From Alphaproteobacteria bacterium (GTDB lineage: Bacteria > Pseudomonadota > Alphaproteobacteria > Bin95): a stretch of DNA of 64,000 bases. Positions within the stretch are counted from its first letter, which is position 1; each line of letters begins with the position of its first letter. Shown one piece after another: positions 57,801 through 64,000 of this stretch. The position numbers were made by a program, and so were the translations under genes. The DNA is taken from the NCBI GenBank assembly GCA_965220855.1, contig CBDCQY010000001.1:1384592-1448591 (forward strand). Direction: 5' to 3'. The notes below the pieces were generated by a model. It ran no database searches, had not been told where the DNA came from, and saw only the letters and a list, made by a program, of their open reading frames with translations.

Positions 57801-60800
57801 CCGAAACGCTGCCCGCGACCTCGTCATATTCCACGCCCGACGCCGCCAGAGACACCGACAGGGCCTCGTTCCCCGCATCCGCGTCATCGACCGGCGTCAC
57901 CGTCACCGTCTGCGCCGCATTCCAGTTCGTCGGCGTGAACGACAGGGTCGTCGGCGTCGCCGCCGCCGCGCCCGTATCACCGCTGGCTACCGCCACCGTC
58001 ACCGCCGCCGTCGGCACATGCGAAAGCGCAACCGTGAATGTCCCGGCGGAGCCGCCCTCCGTCAGCGACACCGGACCCCCGGCAACCGCCAGAGACGCCG
58101 TCTCGTCATCCGCAACCGTCACCGAAACGCTGCCCGCGACCTCGTCATATTCCACGCCCGACGCCGCCAGAGACACCGACAGGGCCTCGTTCCCCGCATC
58201 CGCGTCATCGACCGGCGTCACCGTAACCGTCTGCGCCGCATTCCAGTTCGTCGGCGTGAATGACAGGGTCGTCGGCGTCGCCGCCGCCGCGCCCGCGTCA
58301 CCGCTGGCTACCGCCACCGTCACCGCCGCCGTCGGCACATGCGAAAGCGCAACCGTGAATGTCCCGGCGGAGCCGCCCTCCGTCAGCGACACCGGACCCC
58401 CGGCAACCGCCAGAGACGCCGTCTCGTCATCCGCAACCGTCACCGAAACGCTGCCCGCGACCTCGTCATATTCCACGCCCGACGCCGCCAGAGACACCGA
58501 CAGGGCCTCGTTCCCCGCATCCGCGTCATCGACCGGCGTCACCGTCACCGTCTGCGCCGCATTCCAGTTCGTCGGCGTGAATGACAGGGTCGCCGGCGTC
58601 GCCGCCGCCGCGCCCGTATCACCGCTGGCTACCGCCACCGTCACCGCCGCCGTCGGCACATGCGAAAGCGCAACCGTGAATGTCCCGGCGGAGCCGCCCT
58701 CCGTCAGCGCCACCGGACCCCCGGCAACCGCCAGAGACGCCGTCTCGTCATCCGCAACCGTCACCGAAACGCTGCCGGTAACCGATCCATACTCCGTCGC
58801 CCCGCTCGCCGTGAGCGAGACCGACAGGGCCTCATCCCCCGCATCCGCATCATCGACCGGCGTCACCGTCACCGTCTGCGCCGCATTCCAGTTCGTCGGC
58901 GTGAATGACAGGGTCGTCGGCGTCGCCGCCGCCGCGCCCGCGTCACCGCTGGCTACCGCCACCGTCACCGCCGCCGTCGGCACATGCGAAAGCGCAACCG
59001 TGAATGTCCCGGCAGAGCCGCCCTCCGTCAGCGACACCGGACCCCCGGCAACCGCCAGAGACGCCGTCTCGTCATCCGCAACCGTCACCGAAACGCTGCC
59101 CGCGACCTCGTCATATTCCACGCCCGACGCCGCCAGAGACACCGACAGGGCCTCGTTCCCCGCATCCGCATCATCGACCGGCGTCACCGTCACCGTCTGC
59201 GCCGTATTCCAGTTCGTCGGCGTGAATGACAGGGTCGTCGGCGTCGCCGCCGCCGCGCCCGTATCACCGCTGGCTACCGCCACCGTCACCGCCGCCGTCG
59301 GCACATGCGAAAGCGCAACCGTGAATGTCCCGGCAGAGCCGCCCTCCGTCAGCGCCACCGGACCCCCGGCAACCGCCAGCGACGCCGTCTCGTCATCCGC
59401 AACCGTCACCGAAACGCTGCCCGCGACCTCGTCATATTCCACGCCCGACGCCGCCAGAGACACCGACAGGGCCTCGTTCCCCGCATCCGCGTCATCGACC
59501 GGCGTCACCGTCACCGTCTGCGCCGTATTCCAGTTCGTCGGCGTGAACGACAGGGTCGTCGGCGTCGCCGTCGCCGCGCCCGCGTCACCGCTCGACACCG
59601 CCACCGTCACCGCCGCCGTCGGCACATGCGAAAGCGCAACCGTGAATGTCCCGGCGGAGCCGCCCTCCGTCAGCGCCACCGGACCCCCGGCAACCGCCAG
59701 AGACGCCGTCTCGTCATCGTCAACCGTCACCGAAACGCCGCCCGTGACCGATCCATATTCGGCCGCCCCGCTCGCCGTGAGCGAGACCGACAGGGCCTCG
59801 TTCCCCGCATCCGCGTCATCGACCGGCGTCACCGTCACCGTCTGCGCCGCATTCCAGTTCGTCGGCGTGAATGACAGGGTCGTCGGCGTCGCCGCCGCCG
59901 CGCCCGTATCACCGCTCGACACCGCCACCGTCACCGCCGCCGTCGGCACATGCGAAAGCGCAACCGTGAATGTCCCGGCAGAGCCGCCCTCCGTCAGCGA
60001 CACAGGACCCCCGGCAACCGCCAGCGACGCCGTCTCGTCATCCGCAACCGTCACCGAAACGCTGCCCGCGACCTCGTCATATTCCACGCCCGACGCCGCC
60101 AGAGACACCGACAGCGACTCGTTCCCCGCATCCGCATCATCGACCGGCGTCACCGTCACCGTCTGCGCCGTATTCCAGTTCGTCGGCGTGAACGACAGGG
60201 TCGTCGGCGTCGCCGCCGCCGCGCCCGCGTCACCGCTCGACACCGCCACCGTCACCGCCGCCGTCGGCACATGCGAAAGCGCAACCGTGAATGTCCCGGC
60301 GGAGCCGCCCTCCGTCAGCGACACCGGACCCCCGGCAACCGCCAGAGACGCCGTCTCGTCATCCGCAACCGTCACCGAAACGCTGCCGGCGGCCTCGTCA
60401 TATTCCACGCCCGACGCCGCCAGAGACACCGACAGCGACTCGTTCCCCGCATCCGCGTCATCGACCGGCGTCACCGTCACCGTTTGCGCCGTATTCCAGT
60501 TCGTCGGCGTGAACGACAGGGTCGTCGGCGTCGCCGCCGCCGCGCCCGTATCACCGCTGGCTACCGCCACCGTCACCGCCGCCGTCGGCACATGCGAAAG
60601 CGCAACCGTGAAGCTCCCGGCAGAGCCGCCCTCCGTCAGCGCCACAGGACCCCCGGCAACCGCCAGAGACGCCGTCTCGTCATCGTCAACCGTCACAGCC
60701 ACCCCGTCCGTGACCGATCCATATTCGGCAGCCCCGCTCGCCGTGAGCGAAACCGACAGGGCCTCATCTCCCGCATCCGCGTCATCGACCGGCGTCACCG

Positions 60801-63800
60801 TCACCGTCTGCGCCACATTCCAGTTCGTCGGCGTGAATGACAGGGTCGTCGGCGTCGCCGCCGCCGCGCCCGTATCACCGCTCGACACCGCCACCGTCAC
60901 CGCCGCCGTCGGCACATGCGAAAGCGCAACCGTGAAGCTCCCGGCAGAGCCGCCCTCCGTCAGCGACACCGGACCCCCGGCAACCGCCAGAGACGCCGTC
61001 TCGTCATCGTCAACCGTCACCGCCACCCCGTCCGTGACCGATCCATATTCGGCAGCCCCGCTCGCCGTGAGCGAGACCGACAGGGCCTCATCTCCCGCAT
61101 CCGCGTCATCGACCGGCGTCACCGTCACCGTCTGCGCCGCATTCCAGTTCGTCGGCGTGAACGACAGGGTCGTCGGCGTCGCCGCCGCCGCGCCCGTATC
61201 ACCGCTGGCTACCGCCACCGTCACCGCCGCCGTCGGCACATGCGAAAGCGCAACCGTGAATGTCCCGGCAGAACCGCCCTCCGTCAGCGACACCGGACCC
61301 CCGGCAACCGCCAGAGACGCCGTCTCGTCATCCGCAACCGTCACCGAAACGCTGCCGGCGACCTCGTCATATTCCACGCCCGACGCCGCCAGAGACACCG
61401 ACAGCGACTCGTTCCCCGCATCCGCGTCATTGACCGGCGTCACCGTCACCGTCTGCGCCACATTCCAGTTCGTCGGCGTGAACGACAGGGTCGTCGGCGT
61501 CGCCGCCGCCGCGCCCGTATCACCGCTCGACACCGCCACCGTCACCGCCGCCGTCGGCACATGCGAAAGCGCAACCGTGAATGTCCCGACAGAGCCGCCC
61601 TCCGTCAGCGCCACCGGACCCCCGGCAACCGCCAGAGACGCCGTCTCGTCATCCGCAACCGTCACCGCCACGCTGCCGGCGACCTCGTCATATTCCACGC
61701 CCGACGCCGCCAGAGACACCGACAGCGACTCGTTCCCCGCATCCGCGTCATCGACCGGCGTCACCGTCACCGTTTGCGCCACATTCCAGTTCGTCGGCGT
61801 GAACGACAGGGTCGCCGGCGTCGCCGCCGCCGCGCCCGTATCACCGCTCGACACCGCCACCGTCACCGCCGCCGTCGGCACATGCGAAAGCGCAACCGTG
61901 AAGCTCCCGGCAGAGCCGCCCTCCGTCAGCGCCACAGGACCCCCGGCAACCGCCAGAGACGCCGTCTCGTCATCCGCAACCGTCACCGAAACGCTGCCGG
62001 TAACCGATCCATACTCCGTCGCCCCGGACGCCGTGAGCGAGACCGACAGGGCCTCATCTCCCGCATCCGCGTCATCGACCGGCGTCACCGTCACCGTCTG
62101 CGCCGTATTCCAGTTCGTCGGCGTGAATGACAGGGTCGTCGGCGTCGCCGCCGCCGCGCCCGTATCACCGCTCGACACCGCCACCGTCACCGCCGCCGTC
62201 GGCACATGCGAAAGCGCAACCGTGAATGTCCCGACAGAGCCGCCCTCCGTCAGCGACACCGGACCCCCGGCAACCGCCAGAGACGCCGTCTCGTCATCGT
62301 CAACCGTCACCGCCACGCTGCCGGCGACCTCGTCATATTCCACGCCCGACGCCGCCAGAGACACCGACAGCGACTCGTTCCCCGCATCCGCGTCATCGAC
62401 CGGCGTCACCGTCACCGTCTGCGCCGCATTCCAGTTCGTCGGCGTGAATGACAGGGTCGTCGGCGTCGCCGCCGCCGCGCCCGTATCACCGCTCGACACC
62501 GCCACCGTCACCGCCGCCGTCGGCGCATGCGAAAGCGCAACCGTGAAGCTCCCGGCAGAGCCGCCCTCCGTCAGCGACACCGGACCCCCGGCAACCGCCA
62601 GAGACGCCGTCTCGTCATCCGCAACCGTCACCGAAACGCTGCCGGTAACCGATCCATACTCCGTCGCCCCGCTCGCCGTGAGCGAAACCGACAGGGCCTC
62701 ATCTCCCGCATCCGCGTCATCGACCGGCGTCACCGTCACCGTCTGCGCCGTATTCCAGTTCGTCGGCGTGAACGACAGGGTCGTCGGCGTCGCCGCCGCC
62801 GCGCCCGTATCACCGCTCGACACCGCCACCGTCACCGCCGCCGTCGGCACATGCGAAAGCGCAACCGTGAATGTCCCGGCAGAGCCGCCCTCCGTCAGCG
62901 ACACCGGACCCCCGGCAACCGCCAGAGACGCCGTCTCGTCATCCGCAACCGTCACCGAAACGCTGCCCGCGACCTCGTCATATTCCACGCCCGACGCCGC
63001 CAGAGACACCGACAGGGCCTCGTTCCCCGCATCCGCGTCATCGACCGGCGTCACCGTCACCGTCTGCGCCGCATTCCAGTTCGTCGGCGTGAATGACAGG
63101 GTCGTCGGCGTCGCCGCCGCCGCGCCCGCGTCACCGCTGGCTACCGCCACCGTCACCGCCGCCGTCGGCACATGCGAAAGCGCAACCGTGAATGTCCCGG
63201 CAGAGCCGCCCTCCGTCAGCGCCACCGGACCCCCGGCAACCGCCAGAGACGCCGTCTCGTCATCGTCAACCGTCACCGTCACTGACTCGTCCGCCACGTC
63301 GTCATAGCCGCCGCCCGAGGGGTCGAGGTCGAGCGTGGCGCTGTCGTTCGCTGCATCGTCGTCGTGGGCCGCATCGACCGTCACCGTTTGCGCGAGACTC
63401 CAGTCCGAGGTCGTGAAGGTCAAGCTGGCGGGGCTGGCCGCCACCTCGTCATTGTCCGACGACAGCGCCACCGTCACCGTTCCCGTCGGGGCGGCCGCCA
63501 GCGCCAGGGTGAAGTTCCCCGACGAACCCTCCGTGATCGTCAGACTCGCCGGCGTCGCTGTCAGCCCCGCGCCCGGCTGGGCAGGGGTGACAGTGACGGT
63601 GAAGGTCTCGCTGACCGCCTCTCCGACGCCATAGTTTTCGGTAGCGGTGACAGTAATTGTCGCGGACCCGGAAGAAACGCCTGTAATTTCCACATTAAAA
63701 GTCACTCTAACTTCAAGAAAGTCATCCAAGATCTTGTTCACAATTTCTGCAACAGCGACAGAAGTATCGCTGCTCAAAGCGGTCACCTCCACCTCATCGG

Positions 63801-64000
63801 CGCTTCCTCCGTGGTTCACAAGGCCTGTGACTGTGACCTGCGGTGTTTCCTCCGTCTCCCCGAGGGCTACCGTGAGATCGTCAATGGAGCTGATGGATCC
63901 GTGAGAGAAGGTTTCGGCCGACTGCGCTCCCGCCAGCAGGAATATCGCGCTGGACAACATCGCCAGGCCGCTTCCGGAAAATCGCTTCGGCCTTCTGCCC
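51886..64000 (-). CDS. giant type Va autotransporter (>4,000 aa): N-terminal low-GC tip region, ~26 Calx-beta-like repeats, 5 cadherin-like repeats, C-terminal beta-barrel translocator. The 5' end is probably beyond the window.
   Basis: One uninterrupted minus-strand ORF of 12 kb. The reading frame remains open upstream of the M at 63960 (GRRPKRFSGSGLAMLSSAIFLLAGAQSA looks like a signal peptide). The C-terminus WTVWGRGDWRQFEG...LTLRQDGGDG...NRRLHFNFRFNF is clearly homologous to the translocators of the two smaller autotransporters and ends in aromatic residues. Confidence 0.85.
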   Translation of the reverse strand, partial: GRRPKRFSGSGLAMLSSAIFLLAGAQSAETFSHGSISSIDDLTVALGETEETPQVTVTGLVNHGGSADEVEVTALSSDTSVAVAEIVNKILDDFLEVRVTFNVEITGVSSGSATITVTATENYGVGEAVSETFTVTVTPAQPGAGLTATPASLTITEGSSGNFTLALAAAPTGTVTVALSSDNDEVAASPASLTFTTSDWSLAQTVTVDAAHDDDAANDSATLDLDPSGGGYDDVADESVTVTVDDDETASLAVAGGPVALTEGGSAGTFTVALSHVPTAAVTVAVASGDAGAAAATPTTLSFTPTNWNAAQTVTVTPVDDADAGNEALSVSLAASGVEYDEVAGSVSVTVADDETASLAVAGGPVSLTEGGSAGTFTVALSHVPTAAVTVAVSSGDTGAAAATPTTLSFTPTNWNTAQTVTVTPVDDADAGDEALSVSLTASGATEYGSVTGSVSVTVADDETASLAVAGGPVSLTEGGSAGSFTVALSHAPTAAVTVAVSSGDTGAAAATPTTLSFTPTNWNAAQTVTVTPVDDADAGNESLSVSLAASGVEYDEVAGSVAVTVDDDETASLAVAGGPVSLTEGGSVGTFTVALSHVPTAAVTVAVSSGDTGAAAATPTTLSFTPTNWNTAQTVTVTPVDDADAGDEALSVSLTASGATEYGSVTGSVSVTVADDETASLAVAGGPVALTEGGSAGSFTVALSHVPTAAVTVAVSSGDTGAAAATPATLSFTPTNWNVAQTVTVTPVDDADAGNESLSVSLAASGVEYDEVAGSVAVTVADDETASLAVAGGPVALTEGGSVGTFTVALSHVPTAAVTVAVSSGDTGAAAATPTTLSFTPTNWNVAQTVTVTPVNDADAGNESLSVSLAASGVEYDEVAGSVSVTVADDETASLAVAGGPVSLTEGGSAGTFTVALSHVPTAAVTVAVASGDTGAAAATPTTLSFTPTNWNAAQTVTVTPVDDADAGDEALSVSLTASGAAEYGSVTDGVAVTVDDDETASLAVAGGPVSLTEGGSAGSFTVALSHVPTAAVTVAVSSGDTGAAAATPTTLSFTPTNWNVAQTVTVTPVDDADAGDEALSVSLTASGAAEYGSVTDGVAVTVDDDETASLAVAGGPVALTEGGSAGSFTVALSHVPTAAVTVAVASGDTGAAAATPTTLSFTPTNWNTAQTVTVTPVDDADAGNESLSVSLAASGVEYDEAAGSVSVTVADDETASLAVAGGPVSLTEGGSAGTFTVALSHVPTAAVTVAVSSGDAGAAAATPTTLSFTPTNWNTAQTVTVTPVDDADAGNESLSVSLAASGVEYDEVAGSVSVTVADDETASLAVAGGPVSLTEGGSAGTFTVALSHVPTAAVTVAVSSGDTGAAAATPTTLSFTPTNWNAAQTVTVTPVDDADAGNEALSVSLTASGAAEYGSVTGGVSVTVDDDETASLAVAGGPVALTEGGSAGTFTVALSHVPTAAVTVAVSSGDAGAATATPTTLSFTPTNWNTAQTVTVTPVDDADAGNEALSVSLAASGVEYDEVAGSVSVTVADDETASLAVAGGPVALTEGGSAGTFTVALSHVPTAAVTVAVASGDTGAAAATPTTLSFTPTNWNTAQTVTVTPVDDADAGNEALSVSLAASGVEYDEVAGSVSVTVADDETASLAVAGGPVSLTEGGSAGTFTVALSHVPTAAVTVAVASGDAGAAAATPTTLSFTPTNWNAAQTVTVTPVDDADAGDEALSVSLTASGATEYGSVTGSVSVTVADDETASLAVAGGPVALTEGGSAGTFTVALSHVPTAAVTVAVASGDTGAAAATPATLSFTPTNWNAAQTVTVTPVDDADAGNEALSVSLAASGVEYDEVAGSVSVTVADDETASLAVAGGPVSLTEGGSAGTFTVALSHVPTAAVTVAVASGDAGAAAATPTTLSFTPTNWNAAQTVTVTPVDDADAGNEALSVSLAASGVEYDEVAGSVSVTVADDETASLAVAGGPVSLTEGGSAGTFTVALSHVPTAAVTVAVASGDTGAAAATPTTLSFTPTNWNAAQTVTVTPVDDADAGNEALSVSLAASGVEYDEVAGSVSVTVADDETASLAVAGGPVSLTEGGSAGTFTVALSHVPTAAVTVAVASGDAGAAAATPTTLSFTPTNWNAAQTVTVTPVDDADAGNEALSVSLAASGVEYDEVAGSVSVTVDDDETASLAVAGGPVALTEGGSAGTFTVALSHVPTAAVTVAVASGDAGAAAATPTTLSFTPTNWNAAQTVTVTPVDDADAGNESLSVSLAASGVEYDEVAGSVSVTVADDETASLAVAGGPVALTEGGSAGTFTVALSHVPTAAVTVAVASGDTGAAAATPTTLSFTPTNWNAAQTVTVTPVDDADAGNEALSVSLAASGVEYDEVAGSVSVTVADDETASLAVAGGPVSLTEGGSAGTFTVALSHVPTAAVTVAVASGDTGAAAATPATLSFTPTNWNAAQTVTVTPVDDADAGNEALSVSLAASGVEYDEVAGSVSVTVDDDETASLAVAGGPVALTEGGSAGTFTVALSHAPTAAVTVAVASGDAGAAAATPTTLSFTPTNWNTAQTVTVTPVDDADAGNESLSVSLTASGATEYGSVTGSVSVTVADDETASLAVAGGPVSLTEGGSAGTFTVALSHVPTAAVTVAVASGDTGAAAATPATLSFTPTNWNAAQTVTVTPVDDADAGNEALSVSLTASGATEYGSVTGSVSVTVADDETASLAVAGGPVSLTEGGSAGTFTVALSHVPTAAVTVAVASGDAGAAAAAPATLSFTPTNWNTAQTVTVTPVDDADAGNEALSVSLAASGVEYDEVAGSVSVTVADDETASLAVAGGPVSLTEGGSAGTFTVALSHVPTAAVTVAVASGDAGAAAATPTTLSFTPTNWNVAQTVTVTPVDDADAGNEALSVSLAASGVEYDEAAGSVSVTVADDEIASLSLAGLTNGALALSEGQGAGTFTVALSHVPTAAVTVAVSSGDAGAATVSPAELTFTADDWEMAQTVTVSPVDDDGDDAANETVTVALAASGVEYDEVAGSVTVTVADDDRILVLTELDSGEVEENGTFTDKATLAGADAPVNWELGGADAGKFALSGESATEATVTLAEQDFENPADSDGDNRYEYTLKATDRDGDTVTSDVFTVTVTDAKEVAALAVAGVADASVAENAVYSGAAVMAGEAPIGSVAWKLDGDDGELFELSDESNSGVTVTLTVRDFENPTDADADNSYIYTLTATDDDENTVSRTVTVTVTDAIETATLTLAGVADASVAEGAAYSRTATLTGGPIGAVSWSLSGADADLFTLSGASNGGVTVSMTPKDFENPSDADGGNSYAYTLTATDDDSNTTNASVTIAVTDADETAALAIAGVGDASVAENAGYSGMATLTGDAPIGAVAWSLSGADAGLFALSGGSNSGVTVSMAARNYENPGDSDADNGYAYTLTATDDDDNITSLAVTVTVTDVIEAAALALGGVANASVAENADYAGAAVLTGDAPIGAVAWSLSGADADLFALSGASNSGVTVTLAGRDFEKPDDSDADNGYAYTLTATDADGNMADRSVTVTVTNEIEDAPPEVERQVLKAMLARIARTALSSATDAIRLRFDATPGAPALSLAGRRVGDARQLAASETGNRIVRTPGGAAGRHDAVSAETLLGGSAFTLPLAASDETADSGAAWTVWGRGDWRQFEGPAETGRYEGEQRAGWLGLDARLDERLLAGLGLSMSDGETDYRIDEDSGSVETSVTAVWPYLQMTTEGGGRLRLVLGAGQGEMEHRPREGAVERADLELLALSAGGRMPVAQHDRFALSATGELGLAQIETDGSRATSIGGLKAASWRLGVGVEAEHDGFVFSSSELTLAPHGALTLRQDGGDGVTGSGVEVSVGGRLTDPGSRFSLDASGRWLAAHSGRGVREWGASLEARLAPGARGRGLSWSVRLTTGPRADRSAMLADDLDYDEASFGSNDATLLELEARYGFQLPASSGLLSPLLRLSEETGDRSKLEAGLAFQAAARHIDLELIAGHENRGGSADNRRLHFNFRFNF
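53390..54890 (-). repeat. five tandem cadherin-like ~98-aa repeats (DFENPxDxDxDNxYxYTLTATDxDxN motif) between the Calx array and the translocator
   Basis: Five units of pattern ...AGVADASVAEN..YSG.A.LTGDAPIGAVAWSLSGADA.LFALSG.SNSGVTV....RDFENP.DSDADN.Y.YTLTATDDD.N... Confidence 0.6.
54900..63600 (-). repeat. tandem array of ~26 Calx-beta-like repeat units (321/324-bp period), ~25 near-identical at the DNA level, two alternating subtypes
   Basis: The protein unit DDETASLAVAGGPV(S/A)LTEGGSAGTFTVALSHVPTAAVTVAV(A/S)SGD(T/A)GAAAATPTTLSFTPTNWN(A/T)AQTVTVTPVDDADAGNEALSVSL(A/T)ASG(VEYDEVAG/ATEYGSVTG)SVSVTVA is repeated. Identical antisense mini-ORFs recur every 321 or 324 bp from 55444 to 62527. Confidence 0.9.

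Noticed and set aside
54653-63416. 2,884-aa plus-strand ORF and dozens of 73-81-aa plus-strand mini-ORFs recurring every 321 bp
   Set aside because: Antisense readings of the Calx-beta repeat array of the giant minus-strand gene. Their periodicity was useful only for measuring the repeat period.
1-64000. Mobile elements, CRISPR, tRNA, rRNA
   Set aside because: No transposase or integrase ORFs, no terminal inverted repeats, no repeat-spacer arrays and no tRNA-like T-arm motifs were seen. The tandem duplication shows no IS footprint.

Overview
This is a high-GC (~70%) chromosomal segment that looks alphaproteobacterial (Rhizobiales-like). It holds about 50 protein-coding genes and no rRNA, tRNA, CRISPR array, transposase or integrase that I could detect.

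Gene order, left to right:
- A partial MBL-fold hydrolase, followed by a carboxymuconolactone-decarboxylase (CMD)-family protein and a tandem-domain CMD-family protein, then a small ORF and an SDR.
- Two tandemly duplicated type Va autotransporters with putative-Ig (He_PIG / cadherin-like) repeat passengers.
- A convergent CoxL-like molybdopterin dehydrogenase large subunit with no adjacent partner subunits, and an amidohydrolase.
- A five-gene Dpp/Opp-type ABC peptide/nickel transporter operon.
- A luciferase-like (LLM) monooxygenase, a TauD dioxygenase, a VOC protein and a 668-aa hypothetical, with a truncated orphan addiction-module antidote among them.
- An enoyl-CoA hydratase, then the conserved mmcB-mutY / DUF721 / dsbA block.
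- A cobalamin biosynthesis cluster: divergent cobD/cbiB, then cbiX-cobH-cobL-cobI-(cbiG::cobJ fusion)-cobM with overlapping start/stop codons.
- A NUDIX hydrolase and a PHA locus (phaB, a class-III-like phaC, a NYN/OST-HTH protein, phaR).
- A catabolic island of oxidoreductases: FAD monooxygenase, formamidase, epoxide hydrolase, hydantoinase A, AhpD-like protein, PrpD/MmgE, LLM oxidoreductase, tandem-EthD protein and two SDRs.
- A giant (>4,000 aa) autotransporter on the minus strand that runs off the window end.

The main novelty is an autotransporter adhesin family. Three paralogs share one conserved beta-barrel translocator but carry different passengers. The two tandem copies are nearly identical except for a divergent, lower-GC, six-cysteine N-terminal tip domain. 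The giant copy contains ~26 Calx-beta-like repeats that are near-identical at the DNA level (321/324-bp period, ~8.7 kb) plus five cadherin-like repeats. A fragment of the neighbouring coxL gene sits in the spacer between the tandem copies and marks the duplication junction.

Other anomalies are a ~0.75-kb low-GC islet encoding a standalone SLOG/DprA-like Rossmann protein, a G5AG9 homopolymer that forms the RBS of the tandem-CMD gene, and a perfect 9-bp inverted repeat in a divergent promoter region. Many long ORFs in the six-frame track are antisense artefacts of high GC content and are rejected.
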